Of a stretch of 64,000 nt of DNA, positions 1-8,943 are shown in pieces (position 1 is the first letter of the stretch; every line of letters starts with the position of its first letter). The stretch is from an uncultured Christensenellaceae bacterium (GTDB lineage: Bacteria; Bacillota; Clostridia; Christensenellales; SZUA-584): positions 11,739 to 75,738 of the forward strand of contig CAYTUG010000006.1 of the NCBI GenBank assembly GCA_964441275.1, written 5' to 3'. A model generated the notes under the pieces. That model was not told the origin of the DNA, made no database searches, and saw nothing but the letters and a program-made list of their open reading frames with translations. Both the position numbers and the translations under genes were made by a program.

Positions 1-20
1 TGTTTGCGGTAGAGGCGTGT

Positions 21-1301
21 ATGCAAGAGGGGGTTATTATCGGCACCAATGTTGTCACGTGTCAAGAAACGCGCATGCCAATCGATGAGTTTTTTGGGTA
101 TATACATGAAAGGGATATTGGAGAATTAAAAAAAGAGATACAGTTTCGCCCCGGGCAATCGCCCAAAAGGGTGGATGTCGAATTTAGAATGTCCGCCGGC
201 GGTATTTTAAGAAAAAACAAACTAAAGGGAATTTTATATGATATAAAAGGTCACGGATATTTGACCGGGCTTGTTTTCGATGTTGAACACGCCGCCGAAC
301 AGGCCGCAAAACTTGAATACTATAAAAAGTTCGATGTAAAATCAGGGCTTGCGAACGCCCAAATGCTTGACGCAACATTTGCGGAAACCTCAAAGTACGG
401 CATGTATCCGCAAACCCTGATAGTTGCGGATATCGACCGGTTTAAAGACATTAACGACAGCTTAGGATATAACGCCGGAAATGCGCTTATAAAAAACGTA
501 GCGGACGTGCTAAAAGGCGTTTTCTTCGATTCCGAAATTTTTGCGCGAATATGCGGGGGCGAATACTGCGCCGTGTACGCGGGAAAAAGCAGCCTTGAAA
601 TAGAGCACAAAATAAAGGAAGCGCAAATGCTGCTGCACGGAATGTACCTTAACCTTATAAAAGCCGAAGTGAGCTTCGGGTATGCGGTAAGCGAAAAACA
701 AAGCGATTTTAGCGCGCTGTACAGCCAATCAATGCAAATACTTAGGCGTGAAAGAAATACGCGTAAAGTATTGTCGGGCAACAGCATTATCGACAATATC
801 AACCGGGGTATAGAAAAAAGGGTAAACTGGGGCAAGAGGCATACGCGGCTTCAAGGCCTGTCCTTGCAGATTGCGAACAATCTTGGCTGCGGCGAGCAGT
901 GCATATCCACATTAAAAGTCCTTTCAAGGATAGCAGACTTGGGGTTAATAGCAATTGATACTGCATTAATTAAAAACCGCACTTCGCTAAGCGGGCAAGA
1001 AAGCGAAACTTACAAATCACATGTTGGGGTGGGGAAAGATATTATTGCAAGCATAAACGAGGTCGCCGAATACGAAGGGTTATATATTGATATTTTTAAA
1101 AGATATGACAGATGGCAGGACGCAATTGCTCTGCCGAGCCGAATACTTGCCGGGGTAATCGAGTTTGACGATTTAATGTCTGCCTTTCCGGATTTAAGCT
1201 TTTCGAAGATAAAAGAAAAATTCTTAGAAAAGCGCAATAAACAATGCTGCCCGACTGTTATAGACGCCATACTTGCAGTCGCCGAAAAACACTATGAATA
1301 A
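21..1301 (+). CDS. Signalling protein: PAS-like N-terminus, degenerate GGDEF domain, degenerate HD-GYP-like domain (possibly 5'-truncated by window edge)
   Basis: 426-aa ORF whose frame stays open to the window edge. 'ADIDRFKDINDSLGYNAGNALI...ARICGGEYCAVYAG' aligns to a GGDEF domain, but GGDEF is GGEYC and GHxxGD is GYNAGN. The C-terminal 'RIADLGL...KSHVGVGKDII...FKRYDRWQD...LPSRILAGVIEFDDLM' follows the HD-GYP layout with the HD, HHE and GYP residues lost. Confidence 0.7.
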   Translation: MQEGVIIGTNVVTCQETRMPIDEFFGYIHERDIGELKKEIQFRPGQSPKRVDVEFRMSAGGILRKNKLKGILYDIKGHGYLTGLVFDVEHAAEQAAKLEYYKKFDVKSGLANAQMLDATFAETSKYGMYPQTLIVADIDRFKDINDSLGYNAGNALIKNVADVLKGVFFDSEIFARICGGEYCAVYAGKSSLEIEHKIKEAQMLLHGMYLNLIKAEVSFGYAVSEKQSDFSALYSQSMQILRRERNTRKVLSGNSIIDNINRGIEKRVNWGKRHTRLQGLSLQIANNLGCGEQCISTLKVLSRIADLGLIAIDTALIKNRTSLSGQESETYKSHVGVGKDIIASINEVAEYEGLYIDIFKRYDRWQDAIALPSRILAGVIEFDDLMSAFPDLSFSKIKEKFLEKRNKQCCPTVIDAILAVAEKHYE

Positions 1302-1358
1302 AAAATCAGCTAAAGCAAGCTGCCTTAACCAATTTTTTAGAAAGATTATTTAAACAAA

Positions 1359-1823
1359 TCATGCCTTTGGCTGTTTTTCCGGTTTTTTATCTTCGGGTTT
1401 TGATAAGTCAATTTTTTTAATTTCAGGTTCTTGCGCGGGAGCTATGCGCGATTTTGGCTCCTTGCCGTCACAGATTAGACACTGGCCTTTAAAATACGCA
1501 CCTTGCTCGATAGCGAAACTTAAAGCTGTTAAGTCGCCAACAAGCTTAGAGCCGCTTAGCATTTGGACGGTTCCGGCTGCTTTTAAATCGCCAATTATTT
1601 CGCCCGCGATGTTGACATCGCAAGCAATTACAGAGCCCTCAACGCTGCCTTCAGTACCAACGGTAACATTACCGCCCGCATTAATTTTCCCCTTGAGGTT
1701 TCCGTCTACCCGTATTCCGCCTAAAGTGCCGATATCACCAACGAAGCTTGTGCCGTAGGGAATACTTGCGTCCGGAAGATTTTTCACTATGCGCTGTTGT
1801 TGAGCCTGCTGTTTTTTAGCCAT
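1359..1823 (-). CDS. Bactofilin (polymer-forming cytoskeletal protein, DUF583)
   Basis: 154 aa. Gly/Val-rich beta-helical repeats 'GDIGTLGGIRVDGNLKGKINAGGNVTVGTEGSVEGSVIACDVNIAGEIIGDLKAAGTV', followed by a Pro/Lys/Glu-rich disordered tail. Confidence 0.8.
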   Translation of the reverse strand: MAKKQQAQQQRIVKNLPDASIPYGTSFVGDIGTLGGIRVDGNLKGKINAGGNVTVGTEGSVEGSVIACDVNIAGEIIGDLKAAGTVQMLSGSKLVGDLTALSFAIEQGAYFKGQCLICDGKEPKSRIAPAQEPEIKKIDLSKPEDKKPEKQPKA

Positions 1824-1835
1824 AACTTACCACCC

Positions 1836-2693
1836 CTAATACTGATTATTTTTTATATATTCTTCGAGAAGATCCGCATTTGAATACGCCTTAACGATCA
1901 TGGACTGGTGAACCGGACATGCTCTTTTTGTCTGGTGTACACGGCTGTTCATAAAGTGTATGCAAAAATGCCCGGGGAACCCGTTGTGGGGGATATGACT
2001 GTTGGCATGGGGCATGCCGTTCATTGATGCCGCAAAATAACGATCGTCAATTTTTACCCAGATTGCCCGCCTGGTCCACGACCATCTTCCTCCGTAAATC
2101 TGTTTAAAAACCTTTGTGTCTTCTTTTGTAAGCGGGTCTGTATCGGAATGAAACGTTCCGCTTAAACGTTTTGCCTTGAAAGAAAGACCGGTATCCACAT
2201 CGACCACAACTATTTCTGTGCCGCGCGGCAGTACGTCTTTACACATATCAGACCAACTAAGCAGCTCAACCCGCCCGTTTTTGCTTCCGCTTTCCATTTC
2301 AATTGAATAAGAATTAGCAGTGGATTCTATCTCAAGCCACGGGTCGGACATAAGCGCGGAGTCCGGATCGGAATATTGAATTTCGCCTCCTGTTATTATT
2401 GAAAGGTTTTCTAAGTCAAACTCGTCTTCAACCGCATTGTCTTGTTCAGATTCCGAAAAAGATGGTTGCAATGAAATCAAACGATATAAACCGTCAACCG
2501 TTTTTGAAAGCTTGTCCGCAAAAAAGTAAGCGCTCACACCCGCATATATTCCAATGCCTATAGCGCATAAAACTAAAAGGCACAGCGAAACAAGCAGGTA
2601 TTTCTTTACAACAAGACAAATCGGCCTCTTTCTTGCTTGGTCGGAATTGACAATAGTGATAGAAAGAGTTTTTGAGAATGGGTTCGTTTTCAT
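1836..2693 (-). CDS. Membrane-anchored hypothetical protein with His/Cys-rich extracytoplasmic domain
   Basis: 285 aa with a single N-terminal TM helix (LLVSLCLLVLCAIGIGIYAGVSAYFF). C-terminal cluster 'GMPHANSHIPHNGFPGHFCIHFMNSRVHQTKRACPVHQ'. Sits 12 nt upstream of the bactofilin gene on the same strand. Family not recognised. Confidence 0.5.
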   Translation of the reverse strand: MKTNPFSKTLSITIVNSDQARKRPICLVVKKYLLVSLCLLVLCAIGIGIYAGVSAYFFADKLSKTVDGLYRLISLQPSFSESEQDNAVEDEFDLENLSIITGGEIQYSDPDSALMSDPWLEIESTANSYSIEMESGSKNGRVELLSWSDMCKDVLPRGTEIVVVDVDTGLSFKAKRLSGTFHSDTDPLTKEDTKVFKQIYGGRWSWTRRAIWVKIDDRYFAASMNGMPHANSHIPHNGFPGHFCIHFMNSRVHQTKRACPVHQSMIVKAYSNADLLEEYIKNNQY

Positions 2694-2793
2694 TGGTAGC
2701 TACCTTTTAATTATTATACTGTTAAAATACACCGTTATTTTTAATATGAAACAAATTATAACCGTACAAAACCAAATACCGCAATTTTATGAA

Positions 2794-3603
2794 TCAAGAG
2801 CTAAAAAAAGTTTTTATTAGTTCTAAATTATTTGATAGCTCATTTGGATGCGTAAAATTATTTGAATATACTTCAAGCATAACCGTACCGTTATAATGCG
2901 TTTTTAAAAGAGCTTTCTTTATTGCCACAAAATCAGCATTTCCTTCAAACGGCATCTTGGGGATAATGTTGGCGCCATCTTGCAAATAGTCGCAAAGATG
3001 CACATTTGCAATGCGCCCGGCAGCTGGTTCGATGTAGCAATAAGGCGCGAATCCGGACTGAGCCGCTTGCTTTAAGTCAAGAGTATAATAAAGATTATCG
3101 GTTTGTAGATATGGGGCCAATTTTTGCGGGAACGATGGGTTGTCATACCAGCAATAGTGCACATTCTCCCAAGCAAGTTTTATTCCATAGTCGCCCGCCA
3201 TGCGGGAGAGCACGTTAGCAGTGGCTGCGATGCGCTTAAAATCAAGTTTAAGCGGGCTTGCTCTCTTAAGATGCACGGGACCGTGAAACACATAAACGCT
3301 TGCGCCAAGCCGGCTGCCCGCTTTGAGCACCTGGTGGTATATATTGAAAGCCTCTTTTTTTGAGCGGCTGTGGCTTGAAAACAGTTGAGGTTCAAACTGA
3401 ATAGAGTAGGCATGAACAGAGCAAATTTTGATACCGGAACCTTTTGCCAAAGCCTCAAGCTCTTTAATATAATTGATATTGTATTCGTGCAAACAGCTGA
3501 AAAAAACTTCTGTGTTTTTTACCCCAAGCTTTGCAAGAACCGTAATAGCGTCTTCATTCAATAGCCGGGGAAAAAAACATGCGGTTGACACGCCGAATAC
3601 CAT
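2794..3603 (-). CDS. Sugar phosphate isomerase/epimerase (xylose-isomerase-like TIM barrel)
   Basis: 269 aa. 'VYVFHGP', 'KLAWENVHYCWYDNP' and 'ANVHLCDY...MLEVY' match the AP-endonuclease-2/TIM-barrel family pattern. Confidence 0.7.
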   Translation of the reverse strand: MVFGVSTACFFPRLLNEDAITVLAKLGVKNTEVFFSCLHEYNINYIKELEALAKGSGIKICSVHAYSIQFEPQLFSSHSRSKKEAFNIYHQVLKAGSRLGASVYVFHGPVHLKRASPLKLDFKRIAATANVLSRMAGDYGIKLAWENVHYCWYDNPSFPQKLAPYLQTDNLYYTLDLKQAAQSGFAPYCYIEPAAGRIANVHLCDYLQDGANIIPKMPFEGNADFVAIKKALLKTHYNGTVMLEVYSNNFTHPNELSNNLELIKTFFSS

Positions 3604-3756
3604 AGCTTCCTCCAGATAACATTATAACAGATGTTATTATAAAAATGAACATAATACTACAAAATATTTAAAGGTTATAATTATTACGTATAGAAGTATT
3701 TATGTATAAAAGTGCTATTATGTAATGGCGAAAATAATTGATGACTGGAGAACAGC

Positions 3757-5406
3757 ATGCAAAAGTATGTTATTATTGGCGGCAACGTGGCGGGCACCAA
3801 CGCGGCGGCAAGGCTGCGCCGGTTGAACGAATTTGCACAGATAACAATTGTCGAGAAAGAGAATTGTATGTCTTTTGCCAGCAGCGGACTGCCGTATTAT
3901 GTTGGCGGGATAATAAGCTCCGACGCCAAATTGACGCGCAGTTCGCCCGAGAGTTATTTGAAAAATCTGAATATTGATGTAAAAATGCAATCCGAAGCAG
4001 TAAACGTGGACAGACATAACAAAAGCATAGAGGTGCACGATATTGCGTCGGGCAATTACTATACGTTAAAATACGACAAACTTATACTTGCAACAGGCTC
4101 TTCGCTGCGTTGGCCGGACATACCGGGCTTGCAAGGCAAAAATATTTTTATGTTAAAAAACTCCGAGGACATGGCCGCTATTGCCCAGCATATCAACAAG
4201 ACAAACCTGTGCCGCGCAGCCGTTTTGGGCGGTGGGGAAATCGGGCTGGTGGTGGCGGAGAACTTATCAAAACGGGGCATAAAAACATGCTTAATTGGAA
4301 AAGAAAAACATGTGCTTACAACTTTTGATGCCGAGATGGCCCAATATGCAAAAAATACGATGGAAAACAACGGAGTCGCCGTAATCACCGACACTACAAT
4401 TAGCGCTTGTTATGCCTTAGGAGAAGCTTTGCGGCTTGAGCTTTCTCAAGATCGTTCCGTTATTGTTGATATGATAGTGGTTTGTGCGCAAATGTTGCCT
4501 AACACGGGCTTGGCGAAAGAGGCCGGGTTGGGTATTGGGGTAACGGGCGGGATACTTGTAGACGATCGTCAGCAGACGACCGATAAGGACATATATGCGG
4601 TTGGAGACGTGGTTGAGGTAGAATCGACCCACGGCGGCAAAATATTGATTTCCCGCGCTTCTCCTGCGACACGCCAGGGGCGAATAGCGGCCGATAATAT
4701 ATGCGGGATTGGTTCCCGCTACAAACACACAATAGGAGTAACTATTGTAAAATTGTTTGACACTTGTTTCGGCTCGGCGGGGCTGACGGAGCGGCAGTTG
4801 AAATGGCGCGGAATTAAGTATGAAAAAGTTTATGTGCGCGCTTTATCGCACGAAGAGTATTATCCCGGCGCTGATGTGCTTAATATAAAATTAAACTTCG
4901 AAAAACGTACCGGGCGTATTTGCGGCGTGCAGATAGTAGGCAGGGTAGGCGTAGACAAAAGAATAGACGTGTTTGCAACCGCGATGTACGCGGGGCTTAC
5001 CGTTGATAAACTTGCGGAGCTTGAATTGGCGTATGCTCCTCCTTTTAGCGCGCCTCGGGACGCGGTAAACATGGCGGGATATGTTGCGGGCAATGTGCTT
5101 TCGGGTATTAGCAAAATCGTCCATTGGCACGATTTGGAGAAACTTGGCGAGGATACGGTTTTAGTAGATGTGCGCACGGCAAAACAGCGCGAGACGGGAA
5201 CAATTGAAGGTTCTGTAAGCATGCCGTTAGACCTGCTAAGAGAGCAGTTTGCCAAACTCGATAAAACCAAAAAATATGTTGTGTTTTCGCAAAGCGGTCA
5301 TCGTTCTTATAGCGCCGAAAGGCTTTTACGGCAGCGGGGATATTCGGTCAAAAACCTATCCGGAGGTTTAAGCCTGTATGAGGTGTTCATAAGAGCAAAA
5401 AAATAA
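3757..5406 (+). CDS. FAD-dependent pyridine nucleotide-disulfide oxidoreductase (CoA-disulfide reductase/NADH oxidase family) with C-terminal rhodanese-like domain; both canonical Cys positions are Ser
   Basis: 549 aa. N-terminal 'KYVIIGGNVAGTNAAARLRRL' is the FAD fold, 'AAVLGGGEIGLVVAENL' the NAD fold, plus 'IYAVGDVV'. The active-site stretch reads 'SFASSGLPYY' (family consensus SFANC.LPY). The C-terminal rhodanese loop reads 'VVFSQSGHRS' (consensus C.SG.RS). Confidence 0.8.
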   Translation: MQKYVIIGGNVAGTNAAARLRRLNEFAQITIVEKENCMSFASSGLPYYVGGIISSDAKLTRSSPESYLKNLNIDVKMQSEAVNVDRHNKSIEVHDIASGNYYTLKYDKLILATGSSLRWPDIPGLQGKNIFMLKNSEDMAAIAQHINKTNLCRAAVLGGGEIGLVVAENLSKRGIKTCLIGKEKHVLTTFDAEMAQYAKNTMENNGVAVITDTTISACYALGEALRLELSQDRSVIVDMIVVCAQMLPNTGLAKEAGLGIGVTGGILVDDRQQTTDKDIYAVGDVVEVESTHGGKILISRASPATRQGRIAADNICGIGSRYKHTIGVTIVKLFDTCFGSAGLTERQLKWRGIKYEKVYVRALSHEEYYPGADVLNIKLNFEKRTGRICGVQIVGRVGVDKRIDVFATAMYAGLTVDKLAELELAYAPPFSAPRDAVNMAGYVAGNVLSGISKIVHWHDLEKLGEDTVLVDVRTAKQRETGTIEGSVSMPLDLLREQFAKLDKTKKYVVFSQSGHRSYSAERLLRQRGYSVKNLSGGLSLYEVFIRAKK

Positions 5407-5489
5407 GCCGAATTAGCTTCCAATTAGAGCGCTTAGCAATCTGCCGGGAATCCAAGCATAATATGAAATACGTATGCGGAGGTGCAACG

Positions 5490-6488
5490 ATGGGGGTATA
5501 TCCTAAAAGGGCGCGTATATTATTGCTGTTAAAATATTTTATGCGCCATACGGACGAACAAAACCCTAAAAGATTGAGCGAAATAATAGGATATCTTAAA
5601 CAAAAAGGCATACAAGCGGAACGCAAAGCACTGTATGCGGATATTAACCTTTTGCGGGATATGGGCTTTGATATTGTAAAAACAACTGCGGGCAAAACCG
5701 TATATTTTCTCGGCCAGAGGGTGCTTGAAATGGCGGAGGCCCAGATATGCGCTTCCGCTATTGCGGCGGCAAGGTTTGTCACACAAAAAAAGTCGCGGGA
5801 ACTAATTAAAAAGCTAACGCACGGTTTAAGTATTGAGCAGGGCGCAAGCCTGACGGGCAACATGGAACTTGCGCGCACCCAAAAAACGCATAATGAGGAG
5901 ATTTACTATAACATAGATAAAATAACTTTGGCGCAATCTGTAAAGAAAAAGATATCATTTTTATACTTTGAGTATATGCCCGACAAAACGCTTAGATTAA
6001 AACGGCAGGGACAGCGGTATTTTGCAAGCCCTTACACTCTTATGTGGTTTGAAGACGCATACTATCTTGTTTGCAATATTGACAAATACGATAACCTGTC
6101 GCATTTTAGAGTCGATAGGATGACCAACGTTAATATTGAAGATAGTGCAATAAGGAGCATAAACGAGGTTTCGGAATACAAAAATTATATCGATTTTGAC
6201 GAGTATCATAAAAGCGTTTTTGGAATGTTCGGGGGCGAGCCGCAACACGTCCGTATCCGGTTTAAAGATGAACTTTCTTCCGCAGTGTTCGATCGTTTTG
6301 GGCTTGATGTTGATGTAACAGACGTTCGTGACGGCGGATTTACAATATCCGCAAGTGTGCGGGTTAGCCCGGGGTTTATTTCTTGGCTTATGATATTTGG
6401 GGATAAAGCAAACGTATTATCGCCGCAAAGCTTAAGAGAACAGATACATGGATGGGTTAATTCCCTTTTAAAGAACTATAAAAATTAA
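5490..6488 (+). CDS. WYL-domain transcriptional regulator (HTH-WYL-WCX architecture)
   Basis: N-terminal wHTH 'RARILLLLKYFMRHTDEQNPKRLSEIIGYL', WYL core 'YFASPYTLMWFEDAYYLVCN...HFRVDRM', C-terminal extension. Start chosen at the ATG after RBS 'GCGGAGG'; the ORF track starts 27 nt earlier. Confidence 0.8.
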   Translation: MGVYPKRARILLLLKYFMRHTDEQNPKRLSEIIGYLKQKGIQAERKALYADINLLRDMGFDIVKTTAGKTVYFLGQRVLEMAEAQICASAIAAARFVTQKKSRELIKKLTHGLSIEQGASLTGNMELARTQKTHNEEIYYNIDKITLAQSVKKKISFLYFEYMPDKTLRLKRQGQRYFASPYTLMWFEDAYYLVCNIDKYDNLSHFRVDRMTNVNIEDSAIRSINEVSEYKNYIDFDEYHKSVFGMFGGEPQHVRIRFKDELSSAVFDRFGLDVDVTDVRDGGFTISASVRVSPGFISWLMIFGDKANVLSPQSLREQIHGWVNSLLKNYKN

Positions 6489-6599
6489 AGCGTTTTAGAT
6501 ATATACACTGTTTTTGCTTGAAAGCTGCTTTTTTGTTTATTAATATTTGGGGACGAAAAGCAGTTTGTCCTGTTCCCGCATTAAAAGGAGATGAGATTT

Positions 6600-8252
6600 A
6601 TGGAACAAATGCCGGAGGGTGTAGCGCAAGATGTCGATATTGACGTTTCGGTTCAATTGCCCGTATCGAGCGATGCTTCGTATAGTTTTTGCTATGCTGA
6701 AGACGGCGTTTATCTGGAAGTGGAAAAAGAGCGGGGGGACGGTATACAGCTTAACCAACAAGCTGTTTTGTATGATGTTGAGCGCAGGGTTAAAGAGGTT
6801 AAAATAGATAACGCAAAACACTGCATACGCCGCGGCGGAAGTGCAAAGATTGCGGAGCCTCAGGACGAGCGCCCGGTTGATTCGGATATATTTGTACAAA
6901 CGGAGGACAACGATATGTCCGCTTCTTTTGTTTTGTTACCGCCTGTGCTTTCCGGTAAATGCAAAACTGAACAAGAGATACTCGCACAAATTAAAGATGA
7001 CTGGAAAGTGGTTTTTGGCATAAATGAAGAACTTGTGTATGCCGCCGTTAATAGCTGCACATATTATAAAACGCTAAAATTTGCATATGGCAGGGCACCG
7101 GAAAAGGGGAAAGACGGAAAATTAATCTTTTTATTTAAAAAAGAGCACAGCATCGCGCCTACAATCCTTGAAGACGGAAGCGCCGATTACAAAAATCTTA
7201 ACGTATTTGAAAGCGTTGCGCAAGGCAAGGAAGTAGTAAAATCAATTCCGCCCGAACCGGGAATAGACGGGTGCACGGTAACGGGGAAAGCGGTCACGGC
7301 TCAAAAAGGGTTGGAAAAAAAGCTGCCGAAAGGCAAAAATGTTAATATTTCGGCCGATGGCAATTCGCTTGTGGCGGCAAAAAGCGGCCGTATTGATTTT
7401 ATAAACGGCCGGGTTGAAATTTCAGACGTATATAAAATAAACGGCGATGTAAACATGGGCGTTGGAAACGTTGATTTTGAAGGCGATATTGTTGTTGACG
7501 GAAATATAATATCAGGCCTTACGGTACAAGCCACCGGGCTTATAGAAGTGCGCGGTTACGTTGAAGCCGCAACTCTTATTTCGGGCAAGGACATCATTTT
7601 AAGAAACGGAATGCAGGGAATGGGGCAGGGGAAACTTGAGGCGCAGGGCAACATAGTGGCACGTTTTATAGAGCGCTCGACTATATCCGCAAAAGGCAAT
7701 ATCGTTGCAGATTATATTGTGCAGTGCGTTGCAACCGCGGGCGGGTCCGTTATAATGAAAGGAAAATGGGGCAAAATACTGGGCGGGGTTGTGCGTGCGA
7801 GCAAAGAGGTTACGGCGCGTATAATAGGCTCTCCCTCAAGCGATCGCACTCAGCTTGAACTTGGGATACTTCCCGATGAAAGAGCAAGGTATACAAAACT
7901 TGATAAAGAAAAGAGAGAGATAAAAGCGCAGCTTAACCGTGTTAACAATATAATAGGGGTTATGCCGTCTACAAACCTGCCGCCCGAAAAACAAGCGATT
8001 TATCAAAAACTTGTTGATACGGCGGCGCATTTGGAAGAACAGCACTCGAATTTAGCATTGGAGATAGAAGAATTAAGGATAATGCTCAGTCAAAGCAGCG
8101 GGGCAAGGGTTAATGTGCTTAAAACTATTTACCCTAACGTTCGCATACAGATAGACACCGGCATTCTGACGACAAACTCGCCAATAGAGTTTGCCACTTT
8201 CAGGTTTAAAGACGGAGAAGTTTCATTTGCGGCTTGCGAGGTGCGCTCTTAA
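6600..8252 (+). CDS. DUF342 / FapA-family protein
   Basis: About 550 aa. Beta-helical core 'GNVDFEGDIVVDGNIISGLTVQATGLIEVRGYVEAATLISGKDIILRNGMQG...AKGNIVADYI' and a C-terminal coiled coil, typical of DUF342. The second ATG is preferred because of AAGGAG spacing. Confidence 0.75.
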   Translation: MEQMPEGVAQDVDIDVSVQLPVSSDASYSFCYAEDGVYLEVEKERGDGIQLNQQAVLYDVERRVKEVKIDNAKHCIRRGGSAKIAEPQDERPVDSDIFVQTEDNDMSASFVLLPPVLSGKCKTEQEILAQIKDDWKVVFGINEELVYAAVNSCTYYKTLKFAYGRAPEKGKDGKLIFLFKKEHSIAPTILEDGSADYKNLNVFESVAQGKEVVKSIPPEPGIDGCTVTGKAVTAQKGLEKKLPKGKNVNISADGNSLVAAKSGRIDFINGRVEISDVYKINGDVNMGVGNVDFEGDIVVDGNIISGLTVQATGLIEVRGYVEAATLISGKDIILRNGMQGMGQGKLEAQGNIVARFIERSTISAKGNIVADYIVQCVATAGGSVIMKGKWGKILGGVVRASKEVTARIIGSPSSDRTQLELGILPDERARYTKLDKEKREIKAQLNRVNNIIGVMPSTNLPPEKQAIYQKLVDTAAHLEEQHSNLALEIEELRIMLSQSSGARVNVLKTIYPNVRIQIDTGILTTNSPIEFATFRFKDGEVSFAACEVRS

Positions 8253-8288
8253 GCGATGAAAACCAAAACGCTACCCAAACAGCGCGCA

Positions 8289-8320
8289 GCCGCAGCTATC
8301 CAAATATGTTTGGCTGCGGC
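8289..8320. terminator. Possible bidirectional hairpin between convergent DUF342 and pilO genes
   Basis: GCCGCAGC (8289-8296) pairs with GCTGCGGC (8313-8320). Flanks are only modestly T-rich, and the hairpin overlaps the pilO stop codon. Confidence 0.35.
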
Positions 8321-8943
8321 CTAAAATCTTTTATAAACTCGTACACTGTATCAGACGGTATTTCAGACGCTAAGCTGTAAACTTCGGCGTTTATTTTTAT
8401 GTCAAGTTTATCCGATGCTTTGATTAAAACTTCGTCTGCGTCTTCATTGTCCGTGAATTCTGCATTTTTGGCATTATAGCTGATCGAAAGTCCGGTTATT
8501 TTAATAAAATATTTTTGGTTTGCAAAAGTCGAAAGAATATTTTTAAGGCCTGAATAACTGCCGGTTACCGTAATAGTGACAGGAGCGACAAAAAGATGAC
8601 CGGATTGGTGAACCTTATCGAAAAGAAATGTGCCTTTTGTGGCGTGCGGCCCAATGCTGTTTTCAAGAAAAACAATTAAAGGGGGCTGGTCGTTGCCTTT
8701 AGAGATGCCGCCGCTTAACTGGTTTATTATTTCCAAGTCTTCTGTTATCCGTTTCTCTAACGCCGCGCCGCTCAAATGCATTTGTTGAATTGATTTTAGC
8801 TCGGTGTCTTTATCGGCAATTTCTTTGTTCAAATCGTCCATCGCATTCATGTGGGGTTGCAGAAAAAAGAAATAGTACAAGCTTAATGTTGCGAACATAA
8901 GCCCTATTAGAATAAGCATTTTCTCACGCTTTGACAAGCTCAT
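8296..8943 (-). CDS. pilO: Type IV pilus assembly protein PilO
   Basis: 215 aa. N-terminal TM followed by a coiled coil, 'REKMLILIGLMFATLSLYYFFFLQPHMNAMDDLNKEIADKDTELKSIQ'. Last gene of the pilMNO block, overlapping pilN by 4 nt. Confidence 0.75.
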   Translation of the reverse strand: MSLSKREKMLILIGLMFATLSLYYFFFLQPHMNAMDDLNKEIADKDTELKSIQQMHLSGAALEKRITEDLEIINQLSGGISKGNDQPPLIVFLENSIGPHATKGTFLFDKVHQSGHLFVAPVTITVTGSYSGLKNILSTFANQKYFIKITGLSISYNAKNAEFTDNEDADEVLIKASDKLDIKINAEVYSLASEIPSDTVYEFIKDFRPQPNIFG

